DNA of 64,000 bases. Origin: the human T2T-CHM13v2.0 reference genome, Homo sapiens. Shown piece by piece: positions 51,956-64,000 of this stretch. How positions within the stretch are numbered: the first letter of the stretch is position 1; every line of letters starts with the position of its first letter. A program made the translations under genes and the position numbers. The stretch is from NCBI RefSeq assembly GCF_009914755.1, contig NC_060926.1; one strand, given 5' to 3'. Below the pieces are notes generated by a model. The model did no database searches and was not told the DNA's origin. It saw only the letters and a list, made by a program, of their open reading frames with translations.

Positions 51956-54900
51956 GCTAATATTCTTTTAATACCATCCAGTTTATTTTTCATCTCAAAC
52001 ATTCAGACATTGCAGTTTTCATCTCTAAACATTCAATGTGGTTTTGTTTGGTTGGTTTTTAGATATTTTCTATCTTCACTTAACATGGTAAACATATAGA
52101 ATACAAGAATAGTAACTGCTTCAATATCCTTGTTTTCTATTTTTAGCATATTCATAAATTTTGAAAAGGTACAATTGATTGAATTTTCTACTCTTTATGG
52201 CTATTTTTTCCTGTTTCTTTGCATGTTTAGTAGTTTTTTATTGGATGCCATATGTTGTAAATTTTACTGTGTTGAGTAGAGAATAGTTTTGTATCCCATA
52301 AATATTCTGGGTCTTTTGCTCTGAGATGCAGTTTAGTTACTTTGAAATACTTTGATCTTTTTAAGTCTTGCTTTTAAGATTTGATAGGCAGGACTGTCTG
52401 GCCAGGGCTAATCCTTCACCTAGTACTAAGACAAGACGTTTTAGCATAATGTGTTCAATGCCCATAAATGATGAGATTTTTCATTTGTGCTGGTAGAAAC
52501 AGGCGCTATTCCTGGCCCTATGTGAGTGCCAGATACTGTTACCCTCTTATCCTTTTGGTTGGTTCTTTCCTTAGCCTTGGATAATTTCCTTGCTGATCTG
52601 TTGTCTGGGGACTACTTGAAGATCTGCAGATCTCTGGAGTTCTTACCTGTGCATCTGTCTCCTCTCCAGTACTCTTTTCTGCAAACTCTTGCTGACTTGG
52701 TCTTCCTGAACTCTTAGCTCTGTTTCCTCAACTCAAGGAATTAACCACAGTCTGCCTGGGTTTTGCCTAACTGTGCCATAACCTAGAAACTCTCTCAAAG
52801 CAATAAGCTGGGGCAATTGTAAGATTCTCATAATTTATTTCCAGGTTCTCAGAGATCAGTTTCCTTCATTGTATGATGACTAGTGTCTTGGAAACTATTT
52901 TATGTAGTTTGCTTTTTGGTTGTGCCATGCAGAATGATTAATCTTGGCCAGAAACAGGAGTTAAAATTTTTTTGATAATCATATTATCTTCAAGTAGCGA
53001 TAATCTTAGCTCTTTCCTTCCAATTCTTCTATATATCATTTCATTTTCTTGCCTTATAGTCTTGGCTAAAACTGCCAGAACTGTGATAACAATAATGGTA
53101 ATAGTGGATTATCTTGTTTTATTCTAAATTTTAAAGTATTCTTGCATTTTTAACTATGGCGGTTGGTGTAGGTTTTAGCCAATCAATTTCACTTGCTTCC
53201 TTATTTTTCATTTGAGTCCAAGGGATCTCCTTAGCGCAAATGTATGCTAAGCATTGTACTTTAGGTGCTGGGTGTAGAAAGAGCCAGGTGATAGAGTCTT
53301 TGAGGAAGGGAGCTCAGAGTTTAATAGGGAAGGCAGAAAATCAAGTCAGCTTTTTCAAATGCAGTGTGTTAGATGCTAAACAAGAGATACATCCAGGTTA
53401 CTATGGGCACAGAGATAAAGGGCATATGACTTGCCTGAAAGAAAGAGAGTGGGAGAAGTCATGGAGGACTTCACAGAAATGGTAATACTTAGGCCTAATA
53501 TTGAAGGATAAACAGGAGTTCAACAGTCTGACCAAAGGGGAATAGCACTATGGGCAGAAGGAAAAGCATATACCAAGCAGAAACGCGTGAAAGCAAATAG
53601 TCAATGTGACTAGAGAAGTGAGTGCTTGAGGAAATAATGGGAATGAAGTCAGGTCTTGATGGTTTTTGGATAATTTTTAACTTTTATTGTGGAGAGTATC
53701 TCTTTTCTGAGTTGATCTGTGAATCTTCTCTATTGAAATATAGGGCATATAACCCTGGAAAGTATATTGCCTATTCTCATTGTTTTATGGTTTTTTTGTG
53801 TTAACCAGATGAAGTGATAAAAGAAGTCTAGCAGAATAAGAAGACCTGGGCAGGGCACAGTGAAGAGGGGCATTTTAGCAATCCTGCTTTATACCCCAGT
53901 GTTTCCGGTTTTTAAAATTCATAAACCAATAACATTTTCAAAAGAATTTTGGTTGCAAAGATGTTAAAATATAAAACTAATAATTACTATAGATGATCAC
54001 ATCATAATATAAATAACAAAAAAGGCAAGAAAGGCATAATCTGAGCCCGGTTGGCAACCTGATTCTGATTTGCTCTGTAACCCAGTCACGATGTAACAGT
54101 TGGGTTTCCAGGTTCAGAATGAAAATATAGAACAGCAGGCTGATAACAAAATTAATATCTTTGGCAGGTAAGTCTTCTTATGTGTGCCTCGCGGTCAAAC
54201 CAGGTCCTCTCTACTTCTCCACTCCCATGTAGGCGGCCTCCCACTCTAGGATGGGAGGAGTGCAGAACAGAGGTCAGGAGCCCGGTGCCAGCATGTATGT
54301 CCCAGTAGGGTGGCTCACACCTTTAGTGACCCTGAGCCTACTTTTCCTATCTAAAAACTTGGCCCTGTGACCATTGACCATTTGGCCATGAGCCACATAT
54401 CGTAATAGTCTTATTCAGATTGTGAAGCAGCAATCTAATCAACGGCTCTTTTGATTAGACCTGGATAGTATGAAGTCAACACTCAATTCCAGAGGCTTCC
54501 AGTGACCCTAGAAAATGGGCAGAGCTGTACCATGGCTCCCCTCTAGGTGAAAGGTCTCGTCAGTCTTGACAAAGTTGACTAAGGACGTTTGAACCTATGA
54601 CTACACAGATTGCCTCACCTCTTCCCAGTAAGTGTGAACTCTCCCAACCCAGTTTTTCATTTACGTGTCCATGGATGGAATGAGGAATTAGCACCGCAGC
54701 CATTATCAAAATCATTACTATAAGAAATTTTGTACTTCTCTAGAAAGGCCATTTGTTCTAGGATCTGAAGGAGAAGGGTAGAGCTCAGGTCACTTCCTCA
54801 GGCTGATCCGTTTATCTTTCCTGATAGTCAGTTTCTGATAAATGCAGCCCTTTTGAGATATTTTGCTTTTTTATTGCCCTGGATGTCCTTGGTCACTCAG

Positions 54901-57900
54901 CACACCCAGGATGCTTAGCTAATATTATCTTGGTGAAGGTGGGGGAGATTGGTGTCCTGTTTGTATCTGCCAAGTTAGTGACCAGCTCTTCATCCCTGCA
55001 AAAGGCAGTATGAGGTGCTGGTTCAATGCATATCAGAAGACCACCCACAAGCTGGGATTCTAAACCTGCTGTCTAAAGCGAGTTGTGTCCTCTCCCCAGC
55101 CAGCTTGCCCACAGCATCCAAAATCCAGATCATCCATGAATGTCAAAGTTGACAGATCTTTGAGGACATTAATTCTAAGAAATTATAACTAAGAGTCTTT
55201 AGGAGCCTAGAGAGCCCAGAAACACCTGAATGTGTAAAATTTCAGATTACATTTTTCTGTTAAGGCTTTCAATAGATTCTCAAACTCAACCTTCCCAAAA
55301 GTTCAAGAAGCCTTGACTTAATGCAATCCCTTGTTAACTAATGAGCAAACAGAGAAGTGAAGTAATCTGCACAAGTAACACAGGTAGGAAGGAGTGGAGC
55401 TGGAAGAGAACTTGGGGTCTGCTACATTCCACTCTCTACTCCCACTTGGAATCTAGAGCAGAATTCCCCAAAGTGGTCCACTCAGTTCCTATATCAAGTT
55501 AAACATTCAGACGTCTAGGTCCATCACAGACCTACTGAGTCAGAGTGTCTCAGGACAGGGCCTAGGTGTTTAGCAAGCTCCCCTGGTGTTTTGGGGACAC
55601 ACTAAAGTTTGGCAATCCAGGACCCTTCCCCAAATTAAAAAACACACAAAAAAGATAAAGTAATGAGATGGCTGTAACCAGTTTCAACTCTTTTAGCTAC
55701 TTTCTCCACATTTCTAAATGACATGTTTTTATAAGCTTTCTTTCCTCCTCTTCCCCATTTTCCTCCTCATTTTCCTTTTAGCTTAAGATATTATCACCTG
55801 ATTTATTATCATGGAAATTAAGGATCATGAGACTGATTTGGTTTTCAGGTGCCCACCTGGGCACACCCCTATCATCTCCATTTTCAGGGAATGCTCCAGA
55901 ATCACAACTGACTTACCCCACTTCACCTGTCACAGCAGGTTCAATCTCTGTTTATCTGGGAAAGCACTGGAGAGCTGCTCTATGACCCATATTCCTAGCT
56001 GCCTTCCACAGCTTCCCTGATCCCACAACACACTTAGGAATCATTAACAAACCTCAGTAGGAACATGCAGGTAAGGGAGGGGATCTTTGCATTCTCCTGA
56101 TTTGCAAGGTCTACCTGCAACCTCTCTGCTACCCTTCTCCTATGCTCCAGTGTTTTCATTCCCCTGCCTGCACACTTTTCACTGTATATCATCTTCCCAA
56201 TTCATCAGTGTTGATAAAATACTCCATAATTTTTCATTGGTTGTTCTCTCATTTATGTTCACTTTTTTTTAAAAGGGTCCTCTGCTAAGGACTCAGTAGT
56301 GTAATATTCTTTGTTTTCCCCACTTAGGATGGGATGGTTCACATTCTCACCACAGACACCTGCAATCCTAGCTACAGGAGAGCCCCTTGGCCCTCACAGG
56401 CCCTGAGTGTAGTATAGAGAGCTGCCTAATGTCCCAGAGAAGGAATTTACTCTGGGTCACATCCTCCTCCTGGGACCCAAATGCTACAACATGGCACAAT
56501 TTTGAGAGTGGAGCCAACACCACACAACATCCTGCTCTGGGATACCTACCCACTCAGAGAGCTGCAGCATTACAACCCTGGCTGGACCCAGCAATGCGTC
56601 TGTGTTCCTAGCACCCAAGCCCCTGCAGTGGCCTACACCCCAGGGAACAGAGAGTTCAGCACCTCAGGGAGGCTGCTCCTAGGACATAGGGAGCCAAAAC
56701 ATATGTTCCACAGAATTTGAGAGCCACCTGCTTGGGATCACCGCCATTGACTGTAGTCCCACTCCCTCCAGAGAAGGGGCTGCTGTGTACCTGTATGAGC
56801 CATCTGGGGGCCCAAAACCCAGCCTGACTGGGCCACCAGTGCCATCACAGGTGCTCATGCATACTGCATGGGGGCCTGAGGACTGGCTGTCTGCCCAGAC
56901 CACCACAGCCACTGCATATATCTGCACTTGTTACCCAGGGCCCAAAGGACTGGCTTTCCTGGACCACCACTGCCATTGCAGACACCTGCATATGCTGCCC
57001 AAGAGGCTGAGGACTGGCCTTCCTGGACTTCTACCACCATTGCTCACATTCTTACATACCACCTGGGGGCCCAAAGATTGGCCTGCCTGGCCTGCTGCCA
57101 CAATCATGCCATCACCACTTTGGACACTCATGTGTCCTAGCCAAGGTCCCAAGAACTAGCTCACCCTAACTGTTGCTGTCATTTCAATTGCCTGATATGC
57201 TTCCTGGGGGCTCAAGGACTGTCCTACTCATCTCACTGCTATTGCCACCTGTGTGCCCTGCCCAGGGGTCCAAGGACCAGACTGATCAGGGCTTGCAACC
57301 ACAACAGATGGTGCTCAGCCACACCACTCAGGGGCCTAAGAACTGGCCTGCCTGGTACCCCAGTTCCCAGGAAAGCCTCACCACAACCTCTACAAACAAT
57401 AGTAGCCTAAGCCACTGAGAAACTCACTGACACCACTGACATTGATTATAGCCAAATAAATCATGCAGAGTACACTATGGTGCCTACCCAGAACCACAGC
57501 AAAAGTACCCTACCCAACCAACACTATGGATATATCTATAGGAAGAAGACTTTCCCTATGAAGGCTATTCCAAAAATTGGAAGAACCAACTATTACACCA
57601 GATGCACAAATATCAACATAAGTACACAAGAAACATGAAGAAGCAAGGAAACATGACATGTGAAACACACACACATGCACACACACACTCTAATTCTTCA
57701 GTAATAGGCTCCAAAGAAAATGAAATAAATGAAATGCCTGAAAAAGGAATTCAAAATAATGATCTTAAGGATACTCAGTGAGATATAAGAGAACACAGAT
57801 AGATAATACAAAGAAATAAGAAAACTATTCTATGATTTGAATGGAAAATTTTAAAAAGAAGTCAAAATCATAAAAAAAGAAACAAACAGGAATCCTAGAA

Positions 57901-58912
57901 TCCTGAAACTGAAGAATTTAATGAATGAAAAAAATATATAATACAGCTTCAACAATACCAGATCAAGAAAAAAATGAATTTCTGAATTTGAAGACAGATC
58001 TGAAATAACCCAGTCAGACCAAAAAACAAAAAATAAATAAATGAATTAAAAAGAGTAAAGAAACCTACATAACATGGGGAACACCATCAATAGAACAAAC
58101 ATTCAAATTTGGAAGTTCCAGAAGGACAATAAATAGGGAAAAACAAAGAAAATCTATTTAATGAAATAATAGCTAAAAATTTCCCAAGTAAATGAAGAGA
58201 TATAAACATTGACATACAGGAAGCTCAAAGGTACTCAAATAGATTCAATCCAAAAAGATCTTCCTTGAGGCACATCACAGTCAAATTGTCAAAAGTCACA
58301 GATATAGAGAGAATTCTAAAAACAGCAAGAGAAAAATGTCAAGTCACATATAAGGACATTTCTATTAGACTAACAGCATATTTCTTATCAGAAACATTAT
58401 AAGTCAGGAGAGAATGGGATGATATATTCAAAGTACTGGAAGAAAAAAAAGTGGCAGCCAAGAATACTATACACAACAAAGCTATCCTTCAGAAACAGAA
58501 GAGAAAAAAAGTTTTTTTTTCCAGAAAAGCAAAACCTAAAGGAATTCATCACCACTAGACTGGCCCTACAAGAAATATTAAGGAAGTCCTACATTTGGAA
58601 GTGAAAAAACAATGTCTACCACCATGAAAACACACAAAAGTACAAAACTCACTGAGAGAGTAGACACACAAATGAGAAAAAGAAAGGAATCAAATATCAC
58701 TGCAGAAAACCACCAAATTGCAAAAGTAAATAATAAGGGAGAAAGAAAGGAACAAAGGATATACAAAACAATTAGAAATCAATGAACAAAATGACAGCAG
58801 TAATTTATCACTTATCAATAATAATGTTTAATGTAAATGGTTTAAATTCCCTAACTGAAACATAAAGACAGATGGAATGAATTTTAAAAAAGACCAAACT
58901 TTATGCTGCCTA

Positions 58913-60948
<2,036 letters not shown>

Positions 60949-63283
60949 AAAAATTTAAAAAGACAAAGAAGGTCATTATATAATGGTAAAGGGATCAGTT
61001 GCATAAGAGGATATAACAATTGCAAATATATATGCACCCAACATTGGAGCACCCAGATATATAAGGCAAATATAATTAGAGCTAAAGAGAGAGACAGACC
61101 CCAATACAATAATAGTTAGGGACTTCAACACCCCACTTTCAGCATTAGACAGATCACCTGGACATAAAATCAACAAAGAAATATCAAACTTAAATTCCAC
61201 AATAGACCAAATGGACCTAATAGACATTTACAGAACATTTTATACATCAGCTGAAGAACAGACATTCTTCTCATGAGCACATGAAACATTTTCTAGAATA
61301 CACCATATATTTGGCCACAAAACAAATCTCAACAAATAAAGAAGCAAAATCATATCAAATATTGTCTCAGACCAAAATGGTATTAAACTAGAAATCAATA
61401 ACAAGAGAAACTCTGGATACTGTGCAGATAAAGGAAGCTAAATAATGTGCTCCTGAATGATTATGGGTCAATGAAAATATTAAGAAAGTCAAAAGATTAT
61501 TTGAAACAAGTTAAAATGGAAGCACAACACTTCAAAACCTATGGGATACAGGAAAAGCAATACCAAGAGGGAAGTTTATAGCAATAAACACCTAATCAAA
61601 AAAGAAAGACGACTAAATAAATGACTTAATAATCTACCTCAAGGAACTAGAAAAGCAAAAACAGACCAAACTCAAAATTAGTAGAGGGGAAAAACATAAT
61701 AAAAATTCAGAGAAGAACAAAGTGAAATAGAGACTAAAACAATAATCAAAAAGATCAATGAAATGAAAAGTTGGTTTTTGAAAAGATAAACAAATTTGAC
61801 GAGCTATTAGAGGAACCAAGGAAAAAAGAGAGAAGACCAAATGAAACCAGAAACAAAAAAGAAGACATTACAACTGATAACACAGAAATTAAAAGGGTCA
61901 TTAGAGACTTTTATGAACTATGTGCCAACAAATGCCCACCTAGAGGAAATAGATGAATTTTTGGACACCTATAACCTACCAAGATTGAACCAGGAAGAAA
62001 TAGAAAACCTGAATAGGCCAATCATCAGTAACACTGAATAAGCACTTAAAAAAAAATCTCCCAAAAAAGAAAAGCCCAGGACTAGATGGCGTTACTACTG
62101 AATTCTACTAACATTTTAAAGAACAAGAATTATTTTCAAACTCCTCAAAAAAGTTGAGGAGAAGCAAATTCTTCCTAACGCATTCTATGAGGCCATTACC
62201 TTGTCACCAAAACCAAACAAGTACACAACAAACAAACAAAAACTGCAGGTCAGTTTCACTAATGAAAAATTAACATCACTGATGCAAAAATCCTCAACAA
62301 AATACTAGCAAACTAAATCTAACAACACATCAAAAAGATAATATATCATGACCAAGTGGAATTTATTTCAGGAATACAAGGATGGTTCAACATACAAAAA
62401 TCAGTAAGTGTGATACATCTCAACAGAACGACGGACAAAAACCACATGATCATGTCAGTAGATGCAGAAAAAGCATTTGATAAAATGTAATATTTCTTCA
62501 TGATAAAAAATCTCAACAAATTAGATATAGAAGGAACACACTTCAACACAATAAAGACCATATATGAGAAACCCACTGGTAATATCATACTGAATGGGGG
62601 ATGGCCACTTTCATCACTGTTATTAGATGTCATAGACAGAGCAATTAGGCAAGAGAGGAAATAAAAGGTTTCCAAATTGGAAAAAAGAGACTCAAATTAT
62701 CCCTCTTTGCAGATGATATAATAGTATATATAGAAAAACCTAAAGACTTCACCAAAGAACTCTGAGCTGATAAATAAATTCAGTAATGTTGCAGGATACA
62801 AAATCGCCATACAAAAATCAGTAGAATTTTTATACACCAAAAACAAATTGGCTGAAAAAGAAATCAAGAAAACAATCCCATTTGCAATTTCTAAAAAAAC
62901 TCCATAGGTGTAAATTTAACCAAGAAGGTGAAAGATCTCTACAATGAAAATTAAAAACAGATTAAAGAAATTGAACAGAACAGACAAAAATGGAATGACA
63001 TTCCATGCTCATGCATTGGAAGAATTAATATTGTTAAAATGACCAGACTGCCCAAAGCAATCTACAGATTTAATGCAATCCCTATCAAAATACCAATGGC
63101 ATTCTTTACATAAATAGAAAAAACAATCCTAAAGTTCCTGTGGAACTACAAAAGACACTGAATAGCCAAAGCAATTCTTAGCAAAAATAAAAAAGCTGGA
63201 AGCATCACAATACTTGACTTCAAAATATATTACAGACCTATAGTAATCATAACAGCATGGTATTGGTATAAAAAGACACATGG

Positions 63284-63640
<357 letters not shown>

Positions 63641-64000
63641 TTATACCTGATTCTCAATAAAGGCACCAAGAACATACATTGGGAAAGGACATCTTCTTCA
63701 ATAAATGGTGCTGGGAAAACTGGATATCTACATGCAGAAGAATGAAACTTCATCCTTATGTCTCACCATCTTCAAAAATTAACTCAAAAAATTAAAGGCT
63801 TAAATGTAAGACCCAAAACTATAAAACCACTAGAAGAAATCATAAAGGAAACACTTCAGGATATAGGTCTAGGCAAAGATTTTACAGCTAAGACCGCAAA
63901 AGCATGGACAACTGAAACAAAAATAGACAAATGGGACTATATCAAACTGAAAAGTTTCCATACAGCAAAGGAAACAAACAAGAGGGAAGAGACAACCTGG

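Larger units (their letters stand above)
49440..52930 (-). mobile_element. Old L1M-type fragments interrupted by Alus and a local insertion
   Basis: T-rich antisense L1 motifs (gccattctagtgggt...gtggtattgcattgtagttttaattt; aattctttcagcttg...cagaattctgggttgacag). Boundaries approximate. Confidence 0.65.

Noticed and set aside
56800-57360. Regularly spaced repeats resembling a CRISPR array
   Set aside because: The units are degenerate along their whole length, have no unique spacers and no cas genes nearby, and sit in the 5'UTR of a mammalian L1.

Overview
Human (primate) genomic DNA, recognisable as the SMYD1-FABP1 locus (chr2p11.2 from prior knowledge). The + strand holds the 3' half of SMYD1: seven coding exons I number 4-10 from the known gene structure, including a 39-nt cassette exon, a GC-AG last intron and a ~2.9 kb 3'UTR. 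The - strand holds the complete four-exon FABP1 gene (127 aa), here with the Ala94 allele, plus its TATA/DR1/CDX/HNF1/GATA promoter. The rest is intronic or intergenic and rich in repeats: about 13 Alus, MaLR and ERV1 solo LTRs, MER DNA transposons, and a large old L1 that hosts a 5'-inverted younger L1PA and an AluY. There are no prokaryotic-type systems (no CRISPR, operons, rRNA or tRNA). The most interesting candidate is an atypical 5'-only L1PA fragment in SMYD1 intron 8. It has TSD-like flanks and no poly(A), keeps an open ORF0 on the SMYD1 sense strand, and its splice donors are phase-compatible with SMYD1 exons 9 and 10. Other oddities are an old locally templated ~170-bp insertion, a triplicated Alu TSD, a short L1 3' transduction and exon-like segments upstream of FABP1. 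Repeat subfamily names and boundaries were read by eye and are approximate.
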